Source of the DNA: Psilocybe cubensis
Lineage: Eukaryota
Assembly (NCBI GenBank): GCA_017499595.2
Contig: CM038998.1
Location: forward strand, 4,278,001-4,342,000
Direction: 5' to 3'
Length of the DNA: 64,000 bases
Made by a program: the position numbers and the translations under genes. The notes beneath the pieces were generated by a model that had not been told where the DNA came from, did no database searches, and was given only the letters and a program-made list of their open reading frames with translations. Below, piece by piece: positions 1-15,700 of the stretch (position 1 is its first letter; each line of letters starts with the position of its first letter).

Positions 1-575
1 TTTTGCAGGCGGATGGTGTGGACATTTAATATCCGTCCTCCATGCCTCTTCGTCTCCACAATCGCAGCACCCTCCAGATTGCTGGGCGATGAAGAAGCTG
101 ACGTTATGGGTCGAGTGATCCGTCGCATGAAAGCAACGGGAACACAGAACGCAACTATCATCTAATGCGCAATCTCTTCACATCCATTAGGACACACTCT
201 GCATGTGCAGAACGTGAATGATTCTACGCACTTGCATCTGTAGCAACTTTCGCCTTTGTTGAATATATGGCTGCATGGCCTCCCGGGAACCATGGGGTCT
301 TCCTTGCCCGCCCCAGCAAAGCCTACAGAGACTTGATACTCGCTCAGCAGAGTATGCGGCGGAACTTGTGATACGCCGCTAGGCAGAAAAAGATTTGGAT
401 ATGTCCCCATAAATGCGATGTAAAGTTTGCTGATAATCTCTGCGCGTGCGGCCGGCGTGAACACATATTTCCTCGACCCAGGCATAATCTCCAAAGAGAA
501 GCGAAGGTCAGATAAGAAATCGCCATGGTTGGACAACGGCCGCCTCGGTGGAAAGAATGATGAGAGTGCCGACAT
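1..575 (-). CDS. UBR1: N-end rule E3 ubiquitin ligase UBR1-like, 5' part (runs off window)
   Basis: Spliced N-terminus reads PCSHIFNKGESCYRCK|DCALDDSCVLCSRCFHATDHSTHNVSFFIAQQSGGCCDCGDEEAW, a UBR-box zinc finger. Confidence 0.88.
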
Positions 576-645
576 GGTCGATGGTTGTGGAAGACAGACA
601 GACGCGTTACATCAGAGTCATAATACATCTTGAACCCGAATAATC

Positions 646-1585
646 ATGACCTCCAATCAGACTCCGGCTTCCACCTCCCTCGCTGTACTTGCAGACCCTC
701 CAATAAGACAAATAGATGGCGCAGTCATGGATTACTTTCTTATTGAAATGGTTGCAACTCTACGTGAATCGGCAGCTGTGGCTACGGCCCGTTCAAAAAA
801 GATAGAACAAGAAATGGTGGACACCGGGCTAATTCCACCCCCTATGCCAGTCCCATCTTCATTGAAGAAAGATTCAGCTCGAGACTCTGTTACCAGTCTT
901 ACATCAAAATCAGGGAGCGCCAGTGGAAAAGGAGCTCTGGACGAAGAGGAAGAGCCTGTGCGGCAGAGATTAGAAGCAATTGGCATGCATGTCGGATCCA
1001 ACTTTTCAGAACGGTTCGTTTCTTCCATGCGCTTTGGTTCTTGTTCCGGAATGCATTGACAATTCTCAATTTACTTAGATTGTGTCGAGATAGAGCTATG
1101 TTCTCTGAGACACTGGACGCCATCAAATTCATATGTAAAGACGTGTGGGCAGCCTGCTGGGACAAGCAAGTAGACAATTTGCGGACAAACCACAGAGTAT
1201 GTTTTCAATCATGCCCTCAATCCTTATCTTAATTTATTTCCCTTCTGTAGGGTGTGTATGTCCTCCAAGATAACTCATTCAAGCCAATATCGCGTCTTTC
1301 GTCATGGGAATCGCGTGCCGATGCAATTAAACGTGCCCGTCTAGTGAGATCAGGCCGGTTGTCTATACGTGCTTTCGTGTATCTTAACCATACTTCCTTT
1401 AGTATGCAGCGATGCCTGCAGGCATTATTCGCGGTGCGCTTCAACGGCTAGGTTACACAGGAGCCGTCATTCCAGAAATCACATCAATGCCTCAGTGTAA
1501 GCTTTCGACTTATGAAATGGGTCAGGTCACTCACATTCGACTCTGCATAGGTACATTCCAAATCAAGCTACCGAAAGGCTCATAA
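646..1585 (+). CDS. TRS33: TRAPP complex subunit Trs33/TRAPPC6 (multi-exon)
   Basis: RLEAIGMHVGSNFSER|LCRDRAMFSETLDAIKFICKDVWAACWDKQVDNLRTNHR|GVYVLQDNSF...FQIKLPKGS*; KQVDNLRTNHRG is the TRAPPC6 signature. Confidence 0.9.
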
Positions 1586-1826
1586 ATGTCCACTATGTCA
1601 TATATACCATGTACGCCGCCTTTTTTATACCAACACCCAAAAGTGACTGATGAAAGGACCTTACGTAGGTTTTCACTTTTAGCACCAATGTAATTGCTCA
1701 ATTATTTGTAGATGATTCGCAGCGACCAAGTCCAGACGATATCAGCTGCAAATGGCTCAAAGCGGTGCAACAAATTTAAATGTCATTCATCGATGCCCAA
1801 GCCTTACAGCCGAGGAACAGGATTGG

Positions 1827-4071
<2,245 letters not shown>

Positions 4072-4211
4072 TTATATTTGTGTTCTTTCTGATCGTTCTC
4101 CAAATTAGCGCGTACCGTCAAGGATATAGTCAGGAAGAGTTGCTGAACCGACGTTTTAAATTTCCAGCACAACCAGGGCAGTATGACTAGGCGTCGTTAT
4201 AGAAAGAAATT

Positions 4212-7129
4212 ATGGCGCATCCAGACCTGTTAGAACTTGTCGGCGCGTATCAAAGGTAAACCCACGACCAGGGCTCGACCAAGCTCAATGACGATCTATT
4301 TCTCACGGTCGACCGCCGCTCACATCTTCATTCAAGAAGTGCATTCACAACTCTACGCTCACTGGCTCTCTGCGATCACTGTACGTTCCGCGGTGCCTAA
4401 TAATTACTCGACTACTGGGTTTAACTGCCGCGGTTCTTCCTTAGGGTCTATATATCTTCTCAATTACTTTTTCCCTGCCACAGCTTCTCAAAAGTTATTA
4501 CCGGCGCGGCGTACTTGGGTCGGTGAGTAGAACACGTTCGTTCATGCGCTAGGGTTGAATTATAAAACTGTCTCAGGAACTCACGAGGTCAGATACCCTG
4601 TACCCTGCCGACTGAATAAGCGCTCTATTCCTTCGATGAGCCGCTGGGCAATAAAGCATTCCAAAATAAACGTGGACAGTGCATGTAAAGTGATTATCAT
4701 GACATCTGTCATTGCATTTGAACTGGTGATTCTCCGGATCTGTGCTGCGTAAAACATAAGCAAAACATGCGGCAGAATACATCGACATTTATAACGACAC
4801 TGGAGTGAGACTGGATTGTCCACCGTTTTATAGGAATGGCTGATAAGACAGTTGTAAGTATTTGAGCATATGCGCATACTTGCAGATTTTCACGATGTTT
4901 GTGTAAAGGATATCACAGCTCTTTCATCTTTCAAGTCCGAAGAGGAACCGATGTTGACCACGGGAATATCTACCCCTGGCTGCACCTGGATCTTCACATA
5001 CGAAGTGGAGAAGGAGCAACTTTCAGTCCAATGGGAGAGGAAATCCGCTCAGCAAAGGAACGTAACCCAGTCTTCTAAGGCTACCGTCCAAGTCTTTCTA
5101 AGCAGCGGCCAAACTCACTTTGCCTCATCGTCTCCATACATCGAATATACGGCCTACTTTTTAAATCGAACCGGAGCAGACGTTTTCAAATTCCCTAAAC
5201 CAAGGCGGCTTCGGGGCCGCTGGATTTTCTTCAAGGTTTCTGGGCCTCCTTCGATACTCGGTGTGCGTACGTTTCTACATTTCCAAAATTTTGATATGCT
5301 AACCATTGCCTTGGATTCGGCAGATCGAACCATCAGAGCATCTCAATGAGATCGATGAAGCTATCAAAGAGATGGATGCCTTGCGCATTCTCATAAAGAA
5401 AGCAACCGACGACCATGTTGCAGAAGTCGCTCGTCTCAACAGTTCTTTGTCTCAGGCCCACGATTCGGTCAAAGGCCAGGAGAAAGTAAACGCACGACTT
5501 CTCAAAGAGATAGAGCAGCTGCAGAAGGACCTCGACACTGTAGATGAAGAGTATGATACTCTGCAAGACAAGTTCCGGACTGTCGAGGCGTCTAACAAGA
5601 ATCTGGAGACGGAGAAGACCGGTTTGGAGCAACAGGTCGACAACATCACTGCGATCAAGCAGCAGCTTGACTTGGACAACACCACATTGCAGGACAGGGT
5701 CAAACTTCTCGAAGGCACTGTTGCCGATTTACAGAAACGCGACGAGAACGATAAACGCGAAATTGCCACTCTGAAAGGATCTATCACCAGTCTCGAGACC
5801 AATGTACAGAATCTCGAAACTACCAAGAAGACTCTCGACAAAAAGCTCGCTGCTGCACAAAGACGCAGCGACAGTCTCCAGGCAGATGTCAGCAGCCTTA
5901 CAGAGCTCAAAGAGTCCTTCGAAAATAAAATTTCCGCTCTTACACAAACCAACATCGAGCTCTCAGCTTCCAACATGCTTCTGACTCAGAAGAACGCCGA
6001 ACTCATAGAACAGGTCGATAAACTCGAAGCTGATCGATCTTCTCTCGTCAAAGAAGCCAGAGACGCCAAGGTCAACGCAGAGAACGCGCAGAGACAACTT
6101 CAGAAGGCCAACATGGATGTTGAAACCACTAAATCCAAGTTGGAAGCGGAGATACAACAGGCGTCTGACCTCCAATCGAAGTATACGACGACGACCCTTA
6201 AAATCGAACATCTGGAGAATGATCTTGCAATCATGACCGAGAAACAACGAGACAGCGACGATTGGCGTTCTTCTGCTTGTCAGACCATTGAACAGTTACA
6301 GAAGGAGCTACAAGAGGCAGGCGAGAGGGAACTTAACTACGATCCAAACCGCTTGTACAAGCAACTTGACGAAGAGAAGAAGGGTCGTGCTGCCGATATT
6401 GAAAGCCTTAGTGCCGCCCTCGAGGAGCAAAAGGAACTCAGCGAACAGAAGACATTGCGAATCAGCGATCTTGAATCCGAAGCTGCCGCTCGACTCGCGG
6501 ACATACGGGGCCTGGAAAAGCAAATCGGTGAACATCTTGCCAAAATAGCCACTATGGAAGCCAAAATTTGTCAACAGGCGAACGACCTCGATGAATTCCG
6601 AAGGCAATTAGCTGAAGACCGAGCTGCCAATAACAAGCTTCAAGCGGAATTGAACGACAAGATATCCCAGATTACGGTCCTAGAAAACCAGCAACAGCAT
6701 GATGCCTGGGTGCTTCAGGGCGTCAGAAACGATTTGGCCACCGCCCAAGGCAACTTACAATCCCAACAGAGGATCTCTCAGAACCTTCAGTGTAGCCTTT
6801 ACTCCGAGCAAAATACGAGTTCATCACTCCGCGGCGAAGCTGCGCGTTTGCAAACGGACTACAACTCCCTGTATGCCAACTACACCTCCATGCAGAAAAA
6901 CTTCAAACGGCTCTCCAAAGAATACGATGGACTTAGCGAACGCGCATCACACGAGGATTGCGTGCAGGGAGATGATGTCTTGAGTCTTGTCAGGCATAAC
7001 AATCACAAGCTGGAAGTACTTCGTTGGCAATATAAAAAGGTATTTTCAGAGGGGAGACACATGTACGCTCGGATGCGCGACGGATCGCGTAGTCGTCCAG
7101 GATCGGTCACATCGACCAAGACTTATTAA
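4212..7129 (+). CDS. Long coiled-coil protein of unknown function (5' exons uncertain; main exons ~4885-5262 and 5324-7129)
   Basis: ~600-codon exon of continuous heptad-type E/K/L/Q-rich sequence, preceded by intron gtgcgt..cag (5263-5323) and a beta-rich-looking N-terminal exon; start at 4212 is tentative. Confidence 0.65.
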
Positions 7130-7461
7130 ATCAGGTTGGCTCAATGTTCTTTCGATGTAAATGTAGAGATCAATATAACGCATTGATTTGTTCAATGGGT
7201 AAAGTCCTTAGTGAGGTTTGGGCGAGATATGGGAAGTATATCGGAGTTCCTCCAATAAATTCAGTTGATTTTTCATTTGAACCATCCAAAATCATGGTTG
7301 ATCCCTCCTATGATGCCTCCGTACTCAGGGCATCGAGTGTGCTCCATAACCCCCTCGAATTGGTGATAAAAAGCTACAATATCGTGCCATCCGAAATAAA
7401 TACCGATAGGCAAAACCTTGCGCCAGGCTGCAAAAATGGGATTCTGTCCCGGTACGTATAA

Positions 7462-9797
7462 TTAACTTTTAAAGAATCCATTCGAGCTACCACCAGTGCC
7501 ATAATCCTTGAGATGATAAAGCAACACCCTGCCACGCGTATTTCCAATTGCTACGTATTCGCTACGTGCCGAGAAATCGACCGCCGTAACATGCCCAAGT
7601 GGCGTGCTTGACGTTGGCCAGTTGCTGAAGGCGGTCAACGAGGGCATATGGACCTAGAAGAAGAAGGGAGAAACACACAGCCAGTTAGTCAAACCATGAA
7701 GTAAAAATGGAAAGATATTGTATGATGAAAAGGATCGAAAGAAATGAAAATGAAACTTACGAGGCGCATAGAATCTTTTTTATCTTTGCTGGCCATGGCG
7801 AGAATCTGCGCATCGTGGTTGAACTTCAACGTCGAGATGGGTGTGGTTAAATGCCCCAGAGCTTTGACCAGTTTGGGTTTTTCAGATCCAGATGAGAAAG
7901 TTCCGTCTCCAGGGACAGAGAACGAGTCCGAGCCGTATACGTTGACGAAACCGCTGCTAGAACTGGAGAGATATGTAAACATTGGCTTTTTTTTTGTAAA
8001 AAAAAGCAATTTACCCAATGGCCATTGATCCATTTGATCCACCACCCACAGTAAACACTCTACCAGCACCTCTGTAGCCGCCCTCATCCTTCCACCGCTT
8101 CACACATCTCCTCTGGGCAACGTCCCAAATATACACCTCCGCCTCCCCGGTCAACACCGCAAGATGCTTTTCGTCATTCGCAGAAGCGTGTGAACCACCC
8201 CCCAACACATTTTCCCCGCTACTGCTCGAAGGAACCCACCAAAGGCCCTGTACGCCTCCTCCGCCACCTCCACCACTCGAAGAGCACTTGAGAGAAGCAA
8301 CGACCTGCCCTGCACCGCTCTTCCAGTCCACGATGTGTACGTTCCCACCACGACCAGCAACGGCAAGCATTGATCCCGTTGCGGGAGAGAATGCAGAATG
8401 AAGCACTGTTTCTGTGTTTCCGCCCCCGCCCTTTCCACCCGAACCTGTTGTGCTATCTCCACCTCGCCGTCTGCGCTTCGCATTCCCGCCGGTGTAATTA
8501 GATGAGGTCAGTATGGAAGAATCCTCAAACCCAGTCCCCCACAGTCCGCGTCTGTGAAGCGTGCTTGTTCCTTGTTGAAGGTCGTAGGTATAAAAGAATG
8601 GTCGAGGTCCGGAAATGAGCATGCTATTGCCCTGTGGGTGGAAAAGGACACTCGTGTTGGAGATTAGGGGAAGCGATGGTGTGTATATAGTAGTGAGGAG
8701 AGGGGACAAATGTCCGTCAATCTGAGAAAGTCATAGTCAGACCCAGGTCTCAAGAGGAGGTCAAAATATCTCTTAGAGATATATTTGCAACTAGAACTCA
8801 CATTGAACAGTCTGATTCGCCGATCTGCTGTAGCCACACAAAGAACGGGGACTGCAGGTTTAGGATGGAAAGCTAACATTCTGACTTCTCCGCTACCAGA
8901 TCCCTGAACAGAGTGATTCGCGTCCCGGACCCGCTCGATTGCCAATATTCCCTGCGGCAAAACGACTGGTGCAGTGCCTTTCTTCTTTTTTTCAGCAAGA
9001 ATACCCGTCGTCGAAGAAAGTAGGTCTTTAACACCAGGACCTTCTTGCTCTAGGCCTCCTTCCTCATCGTCGCTGTCTCTGGCCTTCTTTCCCCGTGCCT
9101 TGCGTGCCCATGCCGGTTCTGGGTTGATGCGCTCGAATTGAGAACGCAAGCGGGTTTCGTACTCCCGGCTTGTAATTTCGTCCTCGTCGACTGCTTGCCT
9201 GAGTTTCCGCAGGCGTGTCGGGCCAGATAAAAGAGACACCCTTGCGCGTGAATCAATATCAGCGGTATCAATCCAAGCTGGCGGTTTTGATTTTGAAGAT
9301 GTCAGAGATTTTGGGAGCGCTTTTCTGCTCGAAGTAGATGAGGAGGATTCAAAGTCGCTTCCGGGCTCTGATTCAGATGTTTCTGAATCCGAATGACTTG
9401 TAGAATATTTTGGTACATCAGATTGGATATTGGGCATGTTATCATCCACGAAAAATAACTATATAACAAGAAACGCAGTAAGTATACGGCCCTAAACACG
9501 GAGAAGGCGAAATGAACACACGTCCTGATCCAATAGATGTTGCATGCCTCTACCACCAGCCTCCTCCTCTGCATCATCTAGATCCTCTTCCTCGTCATCA
9601 GTTGTAGCTGGCATCTTTTCTTTGCCCTTCCCCTTGGGCACAAACTTCACACCGAACAGCATACTCTCAAGTCGTCTTTCTTCATCGTCTTTGCTCTCTT
9701 CATCAAGCAAAAGTTCCAACCTTGCTGCCTTGTTCGATACAGGTTCATGATGGTTGTTCTGAGCGGTTTTCTGTCTCTTGCGCGCGTGTTTCGCCAT
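7462..9797 (-). CDS. UTP18: U3 snoRNA-associated WD40 protein Utp18 (multi-exon)
   Basis: KDDEERRLESMLFG, KPPAWID, RLRKLR...EYETRLRSQFERINPEPAWA, RVRDANH, LKFNHDAQILAMASKDKKDSMRLV, TAFSNWPTSSTPLGHVTAVDFS. Confidence 0.9.
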
Positions 9798-12700
9798 CGT
9801 TTTGTGCGGATATTATGGTGAAGTCCCAAATTGCCCGGCCTCGACAAAAAAATCTGGATAACTCACGTGATATGCCCATTTGGACGCGCTAAGTCTTTCA
9901 GTCGGAGATTGAATGCATCTTGTCCTCGACGCCCACCTCACTGGAACTTGCGTGAATAAGTATCGCACAGCGCCCTTTAAATCGGTCATACGTATCGAAT
10001 AGAAGAATAAGAACGGTAGAGACTGATGTTGGAAACCGGTCACTGCCTTCAAATCCATATGTAGTCCCGTTTAATTGTGAAGCTCCTATGACTGTTCTAC
10101 TATTCTACTTGAGGCGCCTTGAAAGAGCCTTTCAGATGCCGATTCTCTTTTAAAATTCTAGTGCTATATTTTTCTTCATCACGCGCACTCATCTTGGACG
10201 GCTGATATCTACAACAACGCTGGGCCTTTGGTTCACCTCACTGCCGACATGCACTTTGCCGTTGTAATTACTATCGCTATTTTAGGATCCTCAACCAATT
10301 GTGCTCTGACTGTCCGTAATCTATGATGTCGGGACTCGGAATTTTGTCTACCGTTTACTCGGTCCTAAACATGTATCGTTGTCTTACTCTACATTCCTGT
10401 GCTATAGTTGTTTACTGGTCAGCCATCGCATGCATGAAAATCAGATCACTTTTCAGATGTTTCTCTACCTGTAAAACGTAGAAGCGATCCTCGGACTTGC
10501 GTCTGTTTGAAGATATACGCGAATGCAGTCATACCGGAGTCCGCTCACACAAAGGCCTGGTCAAAGATGCAGGTGAATCAGCTTCGTTTTGTCTTGGAGT
10601 GCCTAGTGCTCTACAGGTTCCCTTTTGCACCACGGTGAGTGCTCGACGTCTTTTTACTTCGTATAAGATCGTCCAATCATTTTACAGGACGTACCGGCTA
10701 TGTATATATCGTCTCCGCATCTCCCTTGTCAAGCTCCCCCTGGAAAGCTGATGTACATACACAAGCTCTGTAGACTTTTCAATGCACTCCAATGCGCTTC
10801 TTCTCTTACCCCATAACAACCGCAGTCTGTTTGTACTTGCATATCTCAATACGTCCAGACATCCTTTCACTATTTTATTTTTGAGCTTGGCACCTATTCG
10901 ACCATCTTCAAAGCTCGGCGCCGGATAAACGAAGCTTTTTCTCACTATGTGTGGTGTGTGGAATATTCCCCAAAAGTAGTGTAGTCCCTTGGTTAATTCT
11001 ATTTACACTTTCACGGCATGTCCATCTAGTGAAATTACTTGCTCTATGTACCGCGTACATCCCAGCAATACGGTAGGCTCCCTCAACTAATCCTATGGTG
11101 TCGATTTTTACCCAAATGGACGTACACGATGTCGCATGTGCACGTCGCGAAGTCCATTCGCTGCACTCTTAGTTCTATCTATAATATATTAATTTTATAG
11201 CAGTCGTTATGGAACGAGCATGCATGCCAATGCTAAGGCGCAAGTCCCATTCATTTTTCTGGAAATGCACTGGTGCGTAAATGTACATGTATATCCCCCG
11301 CACAAGACCCGTCCGTTCTAGCGGAGATGGAGAGGGCTTTTCAATGCAACACCGAGGTGGAGTCTTTGTCTCTACCGAATTTACTACAAACATACCTAAA
11401 CGCTTCATTACTCCCCATCGAACGCACTGATCGAATCCATAATAAACCCCCCACAAATCAATCCAAACCGCTAATAACTTATGAGTTCTAGAGGGTCGTC
11501 TGCCCCTCTGGAGTCAAAGTTTGGCGTTACGAATGTTCGAATGTTCTTGTAGTACGTGGCGTCTGTTAGTAGTAGTACGTATCCACTTGTTACTTTTCAC
11601 TTCTTTCACTAAACCCTACCGTCACTTTCAGACGTACGTTGTAAATGATCCAAGTATGAGCTAACGAACTGCTCACAACAGCCCCATGCCCCTGCTCCGA
11701 TTTAAATTTATTTAAATTTAAAACGGCGTCAATATGGATCTATCACGGTAATACGAAGGAGGAACGCTCCTGATGATTTCCCTTCCAACTGTATACATAC
11801 ATATAGTAGGTGTAATGGAAACGCTCCCTCCATAGGCGCAGAGTAACTTAGTAAGGTCAAGCCTGAGTTGACATGGGAGAGAGACCAGCTGCTTCGTTCG
11901 TGGGACCCTGCCCTCGCAACACCGCACCGGCGTAATTCACCCACTGACGTTTGCTTCAGGCGGCCGTCCGGAGCACATTCTCGGCGAACGGTTCAAAGGA
12001 GCAGAGCGATAAGCAGATGCGCGGCTTTGACTGCCCCAATGCTCATGCCAGTGGTAACTAATCCCCGACGATTCTCAACAGATTAAGAGCGCCTCCGTGG
12101 AACTTGTAACCTTTCGGATCGCCCACCATTGATATCGCATGCAATGATAACTGAAAAATGATAAATGTGTTGGTGGCTGGAATGATGCTGAATGAATGAA
12201 ACGACATCTAGCGATATATCGAAGAACGGGTATCCCTATCGTCATGAATAAATGGATGTCGACGTCGATGTCCCAGGACTGGCTTCTGAGTATATTGGCA
12301 ATGCACGAGGTATAGTAGCTTCATTGCAAGCCGCACATAATAACGTCAGGGAACATGGGAACCCCTACTTCTGGAGCAACTGGATCCATCCATCTCCTTC
12401 CACCGACATTCCACGCACACACGCGCACACATAATCATAATCATATTGATCAAGTTCGCCCACGCATGACGCCAAACTTTATCACAGGGAGATCAGAATA
12501 GCACAGACGCGATGGAAGTGGCAGCAAAAACAGATGTGGACACCCAAGGTGTACCCTGCGCCTGTAGTAGCCTCGTGCACCTGAGCATCCGTGGATTAGT
12601 AGACATACATTCGGGTTACCTTGTGCGACTCCGATGCCATGCGGGACCCCGGAGTGGAACTGGCACGGCAGCTGCCAGAGAGTTCGCCCTTTCGATGATC

Positions 12701-15700
12701 ATAGCTTGTGAGGTTAAAGGAAGCTTCCCTTTCATCAAAATGACCTTTCTTTAAAATTATTGTCAACGGTCGCAGATAAGTTCCAATGTCGGCGGTTTCC
12801 TTGAGGATCTTTCTGATACCGCGCTGGGGGAAGCGTTCGTGCTTCATCAACCCATGGACCCGGCAAAAGACGTCTTCCATGACATTGGAAGAGACAAATA
12901 TACAAGCGTATCATTGACAATGACTGGTCGAACTTTCAGGGCCGCCGCCCATTACCGCTGGCAAAACCGATTCATAGCCTGGGTGGGTTTAGCTTTGTAG
13001 CGAAATGGTCGACCCTCGATCCTAGGAGCGGTTACGTTCGAACCTAACTCGTCTGTTTTAGAGCTTATCCATGTTGTGAATCCAACTCCAGTGAATGACA
13101 CGCCCGGAAGGCTCGGAAAGGTCAGGGGGAGATATTACACATCCTTGCTTCACGCCAGCATCGCACCCCGTTTTGAACGCGAAATTCGAAGGCATCGCTC
13201 CCTCTGTATTTGGGTCCGATTTGTAGGGAACTTGGTAAGTCAAGAACGCCGAACAACAGTCTGTCTACTCGCAGCCTGACTCGATGAAGTTCTGAGATGT
13301 GATGCGTAGCTTAGGAGGCCATAACGCTGGTTGACTCGCGGTTCCGTGTACGATCCAGATGACGGAACGTAGAGAAGGCGAAAAAAACATATGTCTCCGG
13401 CATGCAACGATTGCCGGCATATTATGGAGTTTGTCTCTATTGTACAGCACCCTTGCTAGTCTCGTTTGGTCTGTTCTGTCTCTCTGGCGCCACGCTATTT
13501 TAAAGTACACATGCCATGCCAGATCTGCCACCATCCCATTTAAAATCTAAGAGCTCTAATTGCCTTCACGTACAAGGACTAATTCGGTATTGATGGGATG
13601 GCCAAGATTGAAAATCGTGTCAATCTCAGCAAGAAGGTCGGTTGGGATGTGCCATGCTTTCTTTTTGCGGGTTTGTCAATTGTCTCTCTTGTGGGGATTA
13701 ATCTCGTACTCAAATCTCCGTGGCCCTTGGTGGCGGTGTTTCTCCTTGAGAAGTTTCGCACTCAGGAACGTTGAACGGTCGACTCCTAACTTGAACCATC
13801 GACGTGACACTCACCAGTCCCATCGCCTCGTCTTCCAGGTTCCTCTTGCCATAATGTCGCCTTCACCCCAATTGTCATAGCTTCTCAGACTCTGGATTGC
13901 CATCTTGGAGTGCTATTTGCAAACCGTGAACTAATGCTATGTATACGTACGCGGAAACTATGTGCTGGAGGATCAGCGTCCATCGAAGGCTGTTGTCTGC
14001 CTGCTCTGGGCATTGCTGAGTCTGTCGAGGCGACATGCTTCTTACCTACCTACGTGGCCTGAAAGCGTCGACAAGGAGCAATGCGGACTGACACATCCCA
14101 ACGCTAATGTTGCTGCGAACCCGCCTTTGCAACGTCTGCTGCCGGGGCGATACCTTGTCGGAAGGAACTCGAGTTCCAAAGGCAGAAGGCAAACTCGGGT
14201 TTCCGTTTCTTTATGGAGGATCAAAGTCTCAAGACCTGACGTCGAGTTTTATCATGAAAGGGTGTACGTATTGAAAGGGAAGGGGTTCTCCAATGCTCTG
14301 ATACTTCTGGCACTCGAAGTATCCACATCGACGTGAACTTGCTGCTTCAGAGCATCCGGCTTCCACTATCATTGTTGTTAATGAGAACTATCGCCGCGCT
14401 TACCTGCCTCCTTTCGATCTAAATCCTCCGTCGTCTCCTTTGAAGCTTTATTTGTCGGATTTGGCGCCATCAGCTGCCACCGAAATTTTATCGTGATTCC
14501 TGGTGAGCGGACCCAAAGCCGCAAATGACATTGGGGACTGAGCCCCAAATGGCCGACATTTCTTTTTCGGTCTTGGTGGTAGGGGACTTGAAATTGAATG
14601 TCGTAAGGCCGACTCTAAAATATCTTCCAGAGTGGTAGAGACCCAAAAAGTATTCAGGGGGGTGACATGCTCCGGTAAGCAATTGCCACAATGCCTATTT
14701 CATCTTTCACTCAAGTCTCGCTCTCGCTATCAAGTCCTTGGATCAAACAAGCCCTGATGGGGCCAAATATGGATAACATGAGAAATCGAGGAGGATAACT
14801 CAAATCGTCCTCGATGGAACGGCAAGCCGTCAAATGTATCAACGTGTGCCGTAAGTATGGCATCTGCATCTTTGTTAGATTGAATGATACTAACCTAGTT
14901 ATCTGCCAGATGGCGGCGACAGTAAGCCTGTATATTATCTATTATTTCTTACGAACCCCCCTGTTATGTGGTCTTCTTTTTCCTTCCCTGAAATAGCATA
15001 CCAGTGGGAAGGGGGACTAACGTCGACTGCTCGACCTTTGACTCGACTGGTTCGGTTCGGTTCTACACTTCACACTTCCCGAAGCCAACTAACAATTATT
15101 CGCACATCCGGCCATGTCAGTACCACTCCCCGGCCCTCCCTCTCAAATAAATTTTTCACCTATTTCAGGGCTGGTGGGATGACTTGGGTCGGTCAAGACG
15201 TCGATGAATGCAGTAATGGGTGTCCAACCATAGGCGTACGTATTAAGCAAGGTTTTCCCCAATCGGCATGTTAGTCTATTACTTGTAATGACATTTCTTC
15301 CTTTCCCTTGTAACCACACCAGTTGGGGCATGCGAGCTTGACCCCTTCTGCGTCGTGCGATCCTCTTTCTCCGCCCTTCTCCCTGTTCGCATAATGTCCA
15401 AATACGACAGTTTTAGCTTGGGGCTCCTTCTATACATCTTTTCAATACTCGCCGTGGTACTTCCGCGCTCCACTCGATTCAACATTCTCAATTGAGCAAT
15501 GATTGAAAACCGTTTTGACTGACTGAGGAATAGCTTACTCGCAAATGCACCACTTTCTTATTGCTTTGAAGTTTGTTTTCCCTGAGTGATTCCCTTTGAG
15601 CCTCGCGAGAGATTAGTACTCATCACATCCAGGGTCGAAAGGCGGGTGTTGACACCTCACGAGTTCGACTGGTTTTGCAGATCCATCCCCCGGAACGCTC

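Noticed and set aside
12180-14700. Coding-like minus-strand fragments with splice-like signals
   Set aside because: Could not be joined into a stop-free model or assigned to a family; possibly a decayed gene, needs tblastn.
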